DNA of 64,000 nucleotides from an uncultured Alphaproteobacteria bacterium (GTDB taxonomy: Bacteria; Pseudomonadota; Alphaproteobacteria; HIMB59; GCA-002718135), in contig CACOPD010000002.1 in the NCBI GenBank assembly GCA_902628835.1, positions 16,218 through 80,217 on the forward strand. The letters run 5' to 3'. Each line of letters starts with the position of its first letter. Position 1 is the stretch's first letter. The notes beneath the pieces were generated by a model. It was not told the DNA's origin and ran no database searches. It was given only the letters and a program-made list of their open reading frames with translations. Below are positions 20,342 through 29,627 of the stretch, piece after piece. The translations under genes were made by a program, and so were the position numbers.

Positions 20342-20530
20342 ATGGAAATACAAAAAAAAATTACAGTTCTAAGGGAAAACTTAAATAATTTAAGATCATC
20401 TTTAGAAGATTTTAGAGATCATCATAATTCCAAAAAACAAAAAATTAAAAATCTTGAAAATGAAATTAAAAATTTACGAAAACAAATGTCCGAGTATATT
20501 GATGAATTGGAACTTCTGATTAAAAAATAA
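20342..20530 (+). CDS. Small coiled-coil protein (DUF4164-like, upstream partner of zapA)
   Basis: 62 aa, entirely heptad-like, located directly upstream of the ZapA-like ORF. Confidence 0.4.
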   Translation: MEIQKKITVLRENLNNLRSSLEDFRDHHNSKKQKIKNLENEIKNLRKQMSEYIDELELLIKK

Positions 20531-20532
20531 TT

Positions 20533-20952
20533 ATGCCTTTTTACAAGACTAAAATTTTAAATAGACAAATTTCATTAGAATATGAAAAAAAAGATGAAAG
20601 TAAAATCATAGATTCAATTAATTTAATTAATGAAAAAATTGATAATAAATTACAAAATCCAAAATATTCCAATGGAAAAATAAGTGATACTATATTGTTA
20701 TCACTTCTCTCTATTGAACTTCAAGCAGAGCTTTTAGAAAAAATAAATATACAAAAAAGTTCAGAAATAAACGATGCCAAAAACGAAGAGTATCTTAAAA
20801 ACAATTTAGAACTTAAAGACAAAGTACTAAAACTACAAAATGAAAAAAAAATTTTAGAAAATGAAAAATTGAAATTAGATCAAGAATTTGATGAAATAAA
20901 TAAAAAAGTAGAAGAATTAATTGATATAATTAAGAATTCTTATTATGAATAA
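20533..20952 (+). CDS. zapA: Cell division protein ZapA-like
   Basis: 139 aa with an N-terminal ZapA-like domain (ILNRQISLEYEKKDESKIIDSINLINEKI...LLSLLSIELQAEL) and a C-terminal coiled coil. It sits upstream of the 5-FCL gene as in other proteobacteria. Confidence 0.5.
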   Translation: MPFYKTKILNRQISLEYEKKDESKIIDSINLINEKIDNKLQNPKYSNGKISDTILLSLLSIELQAELLEKINIQKSSEINDAKNEEYLKNNLELKDKVLKLQNEKKILENEKLKLDQEFDEINKKVEELIDIIKNSYYE

Positions 20953-21526
20953 CATTAAAGATAAAAAATTAATTATCAGAAAAAAACAAAAAATTATAAG
21001 AGATAAGATTTTTAATAATAAACCATCTCATTTTACTTTATCTTTGTTTAATAAACTTTTCAAAAAAATTAACTTTAAAGAAATCAATATAGTATCTAGT
21101 TTTATTTCTATAAATTCTGAAATAAATACAAAAGAGCTTAATAAACTTATCTTTACTAAAAATAAAATTTTATGCCTTCCAGTAATCGAAAAAAGAAATA
21201 GTCACTTAATCTTTAAGCAATTTAAGAGTGAAGAGAATTTTGTAAAAGGTCATATGAATATATCAGAGCCTCAAAATAAAAATAAAATTTTAAATCCTGA
21301 ATTAATTTTTGTACCTTGTTTAGCTTTCGATCATAAGGGTAATAGATTAGGTTATGGTGGAGGGTATTATGATAGGACTTTTGCCTATTTAAATAAAATT
21401 AATCATAGTTTCATATCAGTAGCATATGCATATGAAGAACAAAAGTTAGAATACGTACCTATAGACAAATTTGATTTTAAGGTGGATTATGTTATTACTG
21501 AAAAAAATTTGTATAGTTTTCAATGA
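20945..21526 (+). CDS. 5-formyltetrahydrofolate cyclo-ligase
   Basis: 193 aa with the motif GNRLGYGGGYYDRTF. It overlaps zapA by 8 nt. Confidence 0.8.
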   Translation: MNNIKDKKLIIRKKQKIIRDKIFNNKPSHFTLSLFNKLFKKINFKEINIVSSFISINSEINTKELNKLIFTKNKILCLPVIEKRNSHLIFKQFKSEENFVKGHMNISEPQNKNKILNPELIFVPCLAFDHKGNRLGYGGGYYDRTFAYLNKINHSFISVAYAYEEQKLEYVPIDKFDFKVDYVITEKNLYSFQ

Positions 21527-22314
21527 AAATTCTTTTTATAGGTGATATTGTCGGTAAAGCTTCACGAAAAAAAATTAAAGAAATTATCCCAACACTAAAA
21601 TCTAAATACAATACAGATTTGATTATTGCTAATGGTGAGAATGCTACTTCTGGTTATGGACTTTCAAAAAAGGATGCAGAAGAATTATTTTCTAGCGGAT
21701 TGGATCTACTTACACTTGGGAATCATGCATGGGATCAAAGAGATATGCTATCTTATATTGAAGAAAATCCAAAAATAATAAGAGCTTTGAATTACCCTGA
21801 CGGTGTTCCTGGAAAAGGGTATTATATGCTTGAACTTTTAAATGGAAAAAAAATTATCGTAGTACAAGTAATGCTGAGATTATTTATGAATTTATCATTA
21901 GATGATCCTTTTAAAAGTATAATTGAATTTCTTCAAAAAGAGAAGCTTGGTAGTACATGTGATGGGATAATAATCGATATGCATGGTGAAGCAACATCTG
22001 AAAAAAAAGCATTTGGATATTATGTTGATGGTAAAGTTTCAGCAGTTTTAGGTACGCATACACATGTTCCAACTGCTGATAGTGTTATTTTACCTAAAGG
22101 TACAGCTTATCAAACAGATGTTGGAATGTCAGGTGATTATAATTCAATAATTGGTTTTGATATAAATAATCCAATTCATGGATTTGTTAAGGGATATAGA
22201 GCAGAAGGCAGATTTACACCAGCTACTGAAAACATAACCGTATGCGGGGCTTTGGTAGATATCGATAATAATACTGGTTTAGCTAAAAATATTAAACCAA
22301 TTCGAGAGACATAA
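21523..22314 (+). CDS. YmdB-family metallophosphoesterase
   Basis: 263 aa with MKILFIGDIVGK, NGENATSGYG, GNHAWD and GTHTHVPTAD. Confidence 0.85.
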   Translation: MKILFIGDIVGKASRKKIKEIIPTLKSKYNTDLIIANGENATSGYGLSKKDAEELFSSGLDLLTLGNHAWDQRDMLSYIEENPKIIRALNYPDGVPGKGYYMLELLNGKKIIVVQVMLRLFMNLSLDDPFKSIIEFLQKEKLGSTCDGIIIDMHGEATSEKKAFGYYVDGKVSAVLGTHTHVPTADSVILPKGTAYQTDVGMSGDYNSIIGFDINNPIHGFVKGYRAEGRFTPATENITVCGALVDIDNNTGLAKNIKPIRET

Positions 22315-22393
22315 TTTGCATATATTAGACACATTTATCTAATATTTTATATCTTTACTAACATCGGATTAAATATTTATAAATTATTCAATT

Positions 22394-23146
22394 ATGGCAG
22401 GACACTCGAAATTTAAAAATATTATGCATCGAAAAGGTGCTCAAGATAAGAAAAGAGCAAAGGTATTTTCAAGGCTTGGAAGAGAAATATCTGTGGCTGT
22501 AAAGGTAGGTGGTGAAGATATTGAAAGCAATGTTAGGTTAAGGTCTGCAATTGCTTCAGCCAAGTCACTCAATATGCCAAAAGATAACATTGAGCGAGCA
22601 ATTAAAAAAGGTCAAGGGAATGATCCTGATAGTAATTATGAAGAAGTAAGATATGAGGGGTATGGCCCTGAAGGCATTGCAATAATAGTTGAGGCACTTA
22701 CAAATAATAAAAATAGAACAGCTGCTGAAATTAGGTCCTATTTTAGTAAACATGGCGGTAATCTAGGTGAAACGGGAAGTGTTAGTTTTGGTTTCGATAG
22801 ATTTGGGAATATTACCCTTGATAAAAGTTTAGTAAAAGAAGATCAGCTTTTAGAATTTCTTATTGAAAATAATACTGAAGATTATGAAATTAATGATACA
22901 GAATATTCAATATATTGTGATCAAAATGATTTGCATGAACTTAATGATAAAATAATTACAAAATATGGTCAGACTAGCTCTGCAAATTTAATTTGGAAAA
23001 GTAAAAATAATATAAATATTGGAAAAGATACAGCAGATAAACTTTTTAAATTACTTGAACTTTTAGAAGACAATGACGACGTTCAAGTTGTATCATCAAA
23101 TTTTGAAGTTGAAGATAATGTTCTATCTTCACTTACAGCCCAATGA
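22394..23146 (+). CDS. yebC: YebC/PmpR family DNA-binding regulator
   Basis: 250 aa with the N-terminus MAGHSKFKNIMHRKGAQDKKRAK. Confidence 0.9.
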   Translation: MAGHSKFKNIMHRKGAQDKKRAKVFSRLGREISVAVKVGGEDIESNVRLRSAIASAKSLNMPKDNIERAIKKGQGNDPDSNYEEVRYEGYGPEGIAIIVEALTNNKNRTAAEIRSYFSKHGGNLGETGSVSFGFDRFGNITLDKSLVKEDQLLEFLIENNTEDYEINDTEYSIYCDQNDLHELNDKIITKYGQTSSANLIWKSKNNINIGKDTADKLFKLLELLEDNDDVQVVSSNFEVEDNVLSSLTAQ

Positions 23147-23157
23147 AAGGAATATAA

Positions 23158-23451
23158 ATGCCTGATAAAGCCTGGAAAAAAAGAGAAAGAGATGTTGCAA
23201 GTTATTTTAATGGGAAAAGGACACCTTTGAGCGGAGGTAATGGTAAAGTAACAAGAGCTGATGTAATTCACGAAGACTTATTTATAGAATGTAAATTAAG
23301 AGCAAAGCATACAGCAATTAGTTTATGGGATGATACTGCAAAGCTTGCCAAAGAGGAGGGTAAGACACCAGTAATAGCATTATGTGAAAAAAATAGACCA
23401 GGTTTCTGGGTAATGGTTCATAGTAGTGATCTTGAAAAAATTAAAAAATAA
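23158..23451 (+). CDS. Small PD-(D/E)XK nuclease-fold protein (Hjc / VRR-NUC-like), candidate Holliday junction resolvase
   Basis: 97 aa with AAGGAA upstream of the ATG. It carries the ordered signature E10 (KKRERD), a Gly loop (LSGGNG), D35 (RADVIH) and E44-x-K46 (LFIECK). It is packed between yebC and tolQ. Confidence 0.5.
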   Translation: MPDKAWKKRERDVASYFNGKRTPLSGGNGKVTRADVIHEDLFIECKLRAKHTAISLWDDTAKLAKEEGKTPVIALCEKNRPGFWVMVHSSDLEKIKK

Positions 23452-23456
23452 TTATC

Positions 23457-24170
23457 ATGGCAGATATTAATAGTACAAATTTATCTACAGAAGCTCCAGA
23501 TTTTTCAATGCTTGCTTTATTTATGCAAGCTGATCTTGTAGTTAAATCTGTAATCATAATTCTAATCTTAGCCTCTATTTATTCTTGGAATGTAATAATT
23601 TCAAAAATTTTAAGAATTAGACAACTAAAAAAACTTGAAAAAGAATTTGAAGATATTTTTTGGTCTGGAAATTCATTTGAAGATTTATATGAAACTTTAA
23701 ACTTTAATCAGACAGATCCAAAATCAAAATTATTTTGTGCTGCAATTTTAGAATGGAAAAAAAGTAAAACTCAATTTGAAAGTGAAACGTCAGATATAAA
23801 TTCTTTAAAGGATAGAATGATTAGATCAATGACAGTTGTTTTTAATAAGGAAAGTGAAAATGTTGAGAGAAATTTAACTTTCCTCGCTACTGCTGGATCA
23901 ACTGCACCGTTTATAGGGTTATTTGGAACAGTTTGGGGTATAATGAATAGTTTTAAATCTATTGCAATTGCACAAAATACAAATTTAGCAGTAGTTGCGC
24001 CAGGTATCGCAGAAGCACTGTTTGCAACGGCCCTAGGTCTTTTTGTAGCTATACCTGCTGTAGTTGCATACAATAAAATTTCAAATGACTTATCAAAATA
24101 CTTTATATCCTTGGAAACATTTATGGATGAATTCTCAACAATTTTTTTTAGACAGTTAGAGAAAAAATAA
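23457..24170 (+). CDS. tolQ: Tol-Pal system protein TolQ
   Basis: 237 aa, MotA/TolQ/ExbB-like, with the motif GSTAPFIGLFGTVWGIMNSF. Confidence 0.9.
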   Translation: MADINSTNLSTEAPDFSMLALFMQADLVVKSVIIILILASIYSWNVIISKILRIRQLKKLEKEFEDIFWSGNSFEDLYETLNFNQTDPKSKLFCAAILEWKKSKTQFESETSDINSLKDRMIRSMTVVFNKESENVERNLTFLATAGSTAPFIGLFGTVWGIMNSFKSIAIAQNTNLAVVAPGIAEALFATALGLFVAIPAVVAYNKISNDLSKYFISLETFMDEFSTIFFRQLEKK

Positions 24171-24171
24171 A

Positions 24172-24600
24172 TTGATTACCTCAAATAATTTAAACAAACG
24201 TAAGAAGCAAAGGTACACTCAAATGAGTGAAATTAATGTTACGCCTTTTGTAGATGTTATGCTTGTTTTACTAATTGTTTTTATGGTTACTGCACCTCTT
24301 CTAACTGTTGGAATAAAAGTTGATTTACCAAAAGTTAAAGCTACTGCATTAACTGACATTAAAGATCCAATTGAGATAACAGTTAAGTTAGATGGAGATG
24401 TCTACATTGGAGAATCAAAAGTTGAAGTCGAAAATTTGATTCCTCGACTAAATGCTATTACTGAACAAAATACTGAAGCAAGGATCTATATAAGAGGTGA
24501 TAGAGTAGTAGCTTATGGAAGGATTATGGAAATTATGTCCATAGTAAATTCAGCGGGATATATTAAAGTTGCATTAATTACTCAAAATCTTGAGCAATAG
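24172..24600 (+). CDS. tolR: Tol-Pal system protein TolR (ExbD family)
   Basis: 142 aa with a TTG start. The motif is SEINVTPFVDVMLVLLIVFM. An internal ATG at 24223 is an alternative start. Confidence 0.85.
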   Translation: MITSNNLNKRKKQRYTQMSEINVTPFVDVMLVLLIVFMVTAPLLTVGIKVDLPKVKATALTDIKDPIEITVKLDGDVYIGESKVEVENLIPRLNAITEQNTEARIYIRGDRVVAYGRIMEIMSIVNSAGYIKVALITQNLEQ

Positions 24601-25677
24601 ATGGACCGTATAAGCTATAATAGTTTAAAAATAATAAATTTTTTTGAAAACTTAAATCCTAAAACATCTGGAATTATTTTTTCAACACTAATACATTTAA
24701 TTATCCTTTTATTTATGGTTGGTTTACCAAATTTTTTTTCTTCAAAAGAAATCTACGTTCCAAACGTAATACCCATTGAAATACTAAATGTTGATGAAAA
24801 AACAAATTTAAAAAAATCAATTATAAAAAAGCCAGAAAACAAAAATAAAGAAACAATTACAAAGCAAAAAAAATTTAATTCATCAGACCAACTAGAGGTA
24901 AAAAAGAATATAGATATAAATGATACTAATATAGAAGAAAAAACTAATCCAAATCAACCAGTTTTAGAAATGAAACAATCTCCTAATATAGAAGTTAAAG
25001 AAACGAAAAAAATACAAATTAAAGAAAAAGAAACTTTAGAAGTTAAGAAAAAAATAGAATCAATTAAAACTGATATTATTAAGCCTAAGCTCAAACCCAA
25101 ACTAAAACCAAAAATTATAAATAATGACAATACAAAATCAGATTTGGATGTTGAAACTAATATTAAAGATAAGCCAAAGTTAAAACCTAAGGAAACTATA
25201 TCTAAACCTAAACCTAAACCAGAAAAAGATTTTAGTATAGCATCAATGCTTAAAGATTTAAGAAATGAACAAACAAATATTGTTCAAAATGAAGTTAAAG
25301 AAGAAGTCGAAGAAATTGATAATAAAAGTAAAGATGATACTGATGAAAACGTTATTTTATCAATATCTGAAATTGATATGTTAAGACAGCAATTGTCGTC
25401 CTGCTGGAACGCACCTGCAGGTGCAGTTATAGAAAGGGGAATGCAGGTAACAATTTCAGCTAAAGTTTTACAAAATATGAAAGTTTCATCAAACAGTGTC
25501 CGTATTGTTGACACAAATATAGCTAAAACTAATCCATTCTATGGACCTATTACTGATAGCGCAATGAGAACTCTGTTAAATCCAGAATGTACACCTTTAA
25601 AACTTCCAAAAGATAAATATAATCTATGGAAAAATCTTACAATTACTTTTGATTATAGTATTATGAAAGGATATTGA
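24601..25677 (+). CDS. tolA: TolA-like protein
   Basis: 358 aa with an N-terminal TM anchor, a long Lys/Glu/Pro-rich linker containing KPKLKPKLKPK repeats, and a C-terminal globular domain. It lies between tolR and tolB. Confidence 0.65.
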   Translation: MDRISYNSLKIINFFENLNPKTSGIIFSTLIHLIILLFMVGLPNFFSSKEIYVPNVIPIEILNVDEKTNLKKSIIKKPENKNKETITKQKKFNSSDQLEVKKNIDINDTNIEEKTNPNQPVLEMKQSPNIEVKETKKIQIKEKETLEVKKKIESIKTDIIKPKLKPKLKPKIINNDNTKSDLDVETNIKDKPKLKPKETISKPKPKPEKDFSIASMLKDLRNEQTNIVQNEVKEEVEEIDNKSKDDTDENVILSISEIDMLRQQLSSCWNAPAGAVIERGMQVTISAKVLQNMKVSSNSVRIVDTNIAKTNPFYGPITDSAMRTLLNPECTPLKLPKDKYNLWKNLTITFDYSIMKGY

Positions 25678-26993
25678 TGAAAAAAGTTTTTTTAATAACC
25701 TTTTTTTTATTTTACAGTTTTAACATTTATTCATTAGAAGTGACACTAACACAGGGTAGTGTTAAACCAACTCCAATAGCCGTGACAGAGTTATATTCAA
25801 AAAATTCACAACTAACAAAGGTAGGTAAAAATATTTCAACTGTTATTTCAGATAATTTAGAAAGGTCTGGACTTTTTTTACCAATAGATAAAAGTTCATT
25901 TATTCAAGATAATGAATCTCTATCTAACATGCCTAGATTTGAAGATTGGAAGTTAATTAAAGCACAGCATTTAGTTTCAGGAAGAATTTCATCTAATAGC
26001 GGAAAAATATCTGTTGAATTCAGGTTGTTTGACGTGTTTCAACAAAAGCAAATAGTCGGAAAAAAATATGAGACTAATGAAAAGAATTGGAGAAGAGTTG
26101 CCCATATAATCTCAGATTCAATTTTTAAAAATATAACTGGAGAAGGTGGATACTTTGATACAAGAATAGTATATGTAGCTGAAACAGGTCCGAAAGATAA
26201 TAAACAAAAAAGATTAGCAATAATGGATCAAGACCAATCTAATCATCGTTTTTTGACAGATGGATCATATCTAGTTTTAACACCAAGGTTCTCACCTAAT
26301 TCACAAAAAATTACTTATATGTCCTATGTAAATAGAAATAATCCAAGAGTTTATATTTTTGATATTGAAACTGGTAAACAAGAAATTGTTGGAGAATTTC
26401 CAGGAATGACATTTGCGCCTCGTTTTTCACCTGATGGAAATCAAATTGTAATGTCTTATACTGATCCAGATATTGGTAATTCTGAGATTTATATACTTGA
26501 TTTAAAAACCCGCATATCAAAAAGAGTTACCAATAATTCTTCAATTGATGTTTCTGCAAGTTTCTCTCCAGATGGAAAACAATTAGTTTTTAATTCAGAT
26601 AGAAGTGGAAGAAGACATTTGTATGTGAGTGATAATGATGGAAAAAGTATTAAAAGAATTAGCAGAGAGGCAGGAAGTTACTATACGCCAGTTTGGTCTC
26701 CAAGAGGCGATATGATAGCATTTACCAAACAAGAGGGTGGGCAATTTTATATTGGCGTTATGGAGACTGATGGTTCAAATGAAAGAATGATCTCAAAATC
26801 ATTTCATGTTGAAGGGCCAACATGGGCTCCAAATGGCAGATTTTTGATGTACTTTAAGGAGGAAAGAACAGCTGAAGATGGATCTGGTGGAGAATCTAGT
26901 CTTTATTCTATTGATTTGACTGGTTTTAATGAGAGAAAAGTAATAACTCCTTTAGGAGGATCAGATCCAGCATGGTCCCCATTAATGCATTAA
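25677..26993 (+). CDS. tolB: Tol-Pal system beta-propeller protein TolB
   Basis: About 438 aa with a signal peptide and repeated FSPDG/WSPxG propeller motifs. I prefer the ATG at 25677, which overlaps the tolA TGA, over the TTG at 25674 used by the ORF track. Confidence 0.9.
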   Translation: MKKVFLITFFLFYSFNIYSLEVTLTQGSVKPTPIAVTELYSKNSQLTKVGKNISTVISDNLERSGLFLPIDKSSFIQDNESLSNMPRFEDWKLIKAQHLVSGRISSNSGKISVEFRLFDVFQQKQIVGKKYETNEKNWRRVAHIISDSIFKNITGEGGYFDTRIVYVAETGPKDNKQKRLAIMDQDQSNHRFLTDGSYLVLTPRFSPNSQKITYMSYVNRNNPRVYIFDIETGKQEIVGEFPGMTFAPRFSPDGNQIVMSYTDPDIGNSEIYILDLKTRISKRVTNNSSIDVSASFSPDGKQLVFNSDRSGRRHLYVSDNDGKSIKRISREAGSYYTPVWSPRGDMIAFTKQEGGQFYIGVMETDGSNERMISKSFHVEGPTWAPNGRFLMYFKEERTAEDGSGGESSLYSIDLTGFNERKVITPLGGSDPAWSPLMH

Positions 26994-27094
26994 TTCTGTA
27001 TAATACAAAAAAATATACGAAATTTTAAAAAAAATGTTAAGAAACTGCAAATAATTTAGTATATCTACTCAAAGTATTAAGGGAGCACTTATTT

Positions 27095-27619
27095 ATGTTT
27101 TACAAGTTTTTTATCTCTATATTTATAGTTTTCTTTGTTGCAGCTTGTGCAACGAAACCAAAAGACTCTGCTGACTCTTCAGGATCTGGTTCAACAAGTT
27201 CTAGCAGTGATGTTTCTTCTGAAGAAGGAACTATTACAGAAACCGATGGAAGTGGTATTGTATCTGGATCACAGGAAGATTTAATAGTTAATGTTGGTGA
27301 TAGAGTATTTTTTGGATACGATAGTTCAGATTTAGACTCTGACGCATTAGAATTACTTCAAGATCAAGTTGCATGGCTAAAGCAGAATAGCAATGTTTCA
27401 GTAACAATTGAAGGTCATTGTGATGAAAGAGGGACTAGAGAGTACAACTTGGCTCTTGGTGAAAAAAGAGCTCAAGCTGTTAAAAATTACCTAATAGGTT
27501 TAGGAATAAACCCTGATAGAGTTTCAACTATTAGTTATGGTAAAGAAAGACCAGCTGTTGTTGGATCCAATGATGGTGCATGGTCTCAAAATAGACGTTC
27601 AGTAACCATAGTTAACTAA
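27095..27619 (+). CDS. pal: Peptidoglycan-associated lipoprotein Pal (OmpA-like)
   Basis: 174 aa with the lipobox VAAC, a Ser-rich linker and the OmpA-like motif EGHCDERGTREYNLALGEKRA. Confidence 0.9.
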   Translation: MFYKFFISIFIVFFVAACATKPKDSADSSGSGSTSSSSDVSSEEGTITETDGSGIVSGSQEDLIVNVGDRVFFGYDSSDLDSDALELLQDQVAWLKQNSNVSVTIEGHCDERGTREYNLALGEKRAQAVKNYLIGLGINPDRVSTISYGKERPAVVGSNDGAWSQNRRSVTIVN

Positions 27620-27639
27620 TTATTATTCCTTAATACTAA

Positions 27640-27669
27640 GGCGCTATAGAAATATAGCGCCACATTTTT
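27640..27669 (+). terminator. Rho-independent terminator-like hairpin after pal
   Basis: A 9-bp stem (GGCGCTATA / TATAGCGCC) with a GAAA loop, followed by ACATTTTT. It is one of the few GC-containing hairpins in the window. Confidence 0.6.
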
Positions 27670-27696
27670 ATCTCAATTAGAAATTAAAATCCTTTA

Positions 27697-28608
27697 ATGT
27701 TTAAATACATACTCACTATTTTAATTTTATTTTTTTCAAGTCATGCTTTTTCTAATGAAAGTGATCTTACCATTTCCCAACAATTAGAAAGATTACAAAG
27801 AGAAGTCTCAGATATTTCCAAAGAAGTATTTTCAAATTCACCAAATCAATCAAATGGAACAAATAATGATTTCGTTAAAAATCTTTCTGCTATCGATTTG
27901 CGAATATATGATATTGAAAACGATATAAAAAATTTAACTTCTAATTTAGAAGAATTGTATTTTCAATTAGACGATATATTTAATAAATTAGAAAATTTAG
28001 AAGTAGTTATTAATAATTTACAATCAGTTCCTTTCAATAGTGTTGAAGTAAGTAATGATGAAATTCCAGAAGATAGTTCTGAAGTAAAAAGTAATACTTT
28101 AAGTGAAACTGAAAATACACTTGGCACATTAAACATTTCAAAAAACACAAATGATACAAACGATGAAGTTGTATCCGATGATCAGGAAGTAAATTCTAAT
28201 GAAAAAGAGGAGGTAATATCACCTGAAGATCAATTCCAAGAAGCTTTTGATAATATTAGAGATAAAAAATGGCAGGATGCCAAATCTTCATTCGAACAGT
28301 TTATTTCAGACAATCCTGAAAATCAACTATCAGGTTCAGCCCATTATTGGCTTGGAGAATTATATATTCTAGAAAAAAATTATAGAGAAGCAGCACTTAT
28401 ATTTGCAGAAGGTTTTCAAAAATTTCCCGACAGTATTAAAGCTGCTGAAATGCTTTTCAAACTTTCTCAGTCATTATACCAAGTTGAAAAAACTGTCGAA
28501 GCTTGTAAAACTATGGAAAAATTAATCATAGACTTTCCAAAAAATAAAATTATTCCTCAAACAAAAAAACAAATTGTTGAGTATAATTGCTTAGAAAATA
28601 ATGAATGA
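27697..28608 (+). CDS. cpoB: Tol-Pal system protein CpoB/YbgF (TPR)
   Basis: 303 aa with a signal peptide, a coiled coil, an acidic low-complexity insert and a C-terminal TPR region (YWLGELYILEKNYREAALIF). It sits after pal. Confidence 0.75.
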   Translation: MFKYILTILILFFSSHAFSNESDLTISQQLERLQREVSDISKEVFSNSPNQSNGTNNDFVKNLSAIDLRIYDIENDIKNLTSNLEELYFQLDDIFNKLENLEVVINNLQSVPFNSVEVSNDEIPEDSSEVKSNTLSETENTLGTLNISKNTNDTNDEVVSDDQEVNSNEKEEVISPEDQFQEAFDNIRDKKWQDAKSSFEQFISDNPENQLSGSAHYWLGELYILEKNYREAALIFAEGFQKFPDSIKAAEMLFKLSQSLYQVEKTVEACKTMEKLIIDFPKNKIIPQTKKQIVEYNCLENNE

Positions 28609-29576
28609 AGCTTACAAATAAAGAATTCATTAAAAACATAGAAAAAAAATATACTTTTGAAAAAAATCCCTCTATTGCTGTCGCAGTTTCAGGTGGTCCA
28701 GATAGTATGTCATTATTATTTCTTTTAAATGCTTTTATAAAGTACAAAAAAGGAAACTTGATGGCTTTAATCGTAGATCATCGAATTAGAAAAAATTCTA
28801 AAGATGAAGCAAAATATACTTCTACCTACTTGAATAAAAAAAACATTACCTCTCAAATTTTAACTGTAAATCAAGTTAATGTGAGTAAGAAAAGTATGAA
28901 TGAGGCTAGAAATAATCGTTATAATTTACTTACAGATTTTTGTATTAAAAATAATTTTTTGCATTTATTTGTTGCTCATCACAAAGATGATAATTTAGAA
29001 ACTTTTTTGAATAGAAAGATAGCTGGAAGTGACTTTTATGGTTTAAAATCAATGTCTGAATTCTCACTATATAATAAAGTTTGCATAATTAGACCACTTT
29101 TAAATTTTTCTAAAAATGAATTACTGAACTATAATAAGAAAAATAATATAGAATATATTAATGATCCATCAAATTTTAATTTAGATTTTACTCGTCCTAC
29201 AATAAGAAATTTTTTTAAAAAATCTGACCAAAAAACTATTAAAGAAATAAATAAAGATTTTGAGAGCATACTTTTTTATTCACCATATTTCATTCAAATG
29301 ATATTTGAGATACTTCTCAAAAATATTGTTAAGATTAATAGTAAAAAAATTATTGTTGGTCTTGATAATATGAAAAATTTAAATGAAATTAATTCTGAAA
29401 ATATTATACGAAGAATATATCAATTTTTATTTAATGGATCTAGTGCTCCACGATCGAAAAAAATTAGAATCTTAATTAATGAAATAATGAAATTGAATTT
29501 TAAATATTTTAACATCAGAGGCATGATTGTTAAAAAAAACGATAATTTTCTTACATTTTCTAGAAAATCTGTTTAA
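28605..29576 (+). CDS. tilS: tRNA(Ile)-lysidine synthase (short form)
   Basis: 323 aa with the PP-loop motif VAVSGGPDSMSLLFLL. Confidence 0.85.
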   Translation: MKLTNKEFIKNIEKKYTFEKNPSIAVAVSGGPDSMSLLFLLNAFIKYKKGNLMALIVDHRIRKNSKDEAKYTSTYLNKKNITSQILTVNQVNVSKKSMNEARNNRYNLLTDFCIKNNFLHLFVAHHKDDNLETFLNRKIAGSDFYGLKSMSEFSLYNKVCIIRPLLNFSKNELLNYNKKNNIEYINDPSNFNLDFTRPTIRNFFKKSDQKTIKEINKDFESILFYSPYFIQMIFEILLKNIVKINSKKIIVGLDNMKNLNEINSENIIRRIYQFLFNGSSAPRSKKIRILINEIMKLNFKYFNIRGMIVKKNDNFLTFSRKSV

Positions 29577-29627
29577 TTTTCTACAAAACTATTGTGTTTT
29601 TATAATAAATTCCTATGTAATAAGTAA

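Noticed and set aside
20945-20952. I looked for a 6S RNA (ssrS), which in many proteobacteria lies between zapA and the 5-formyl-THF cyclo-ligase gene.
   Set aside because: The two genes overlap by 8 nt here, so there is no room for an RNA gene at this locus. If a 6S RNA exists it is elsewhere. Its absence from the window says nothing about the genome.
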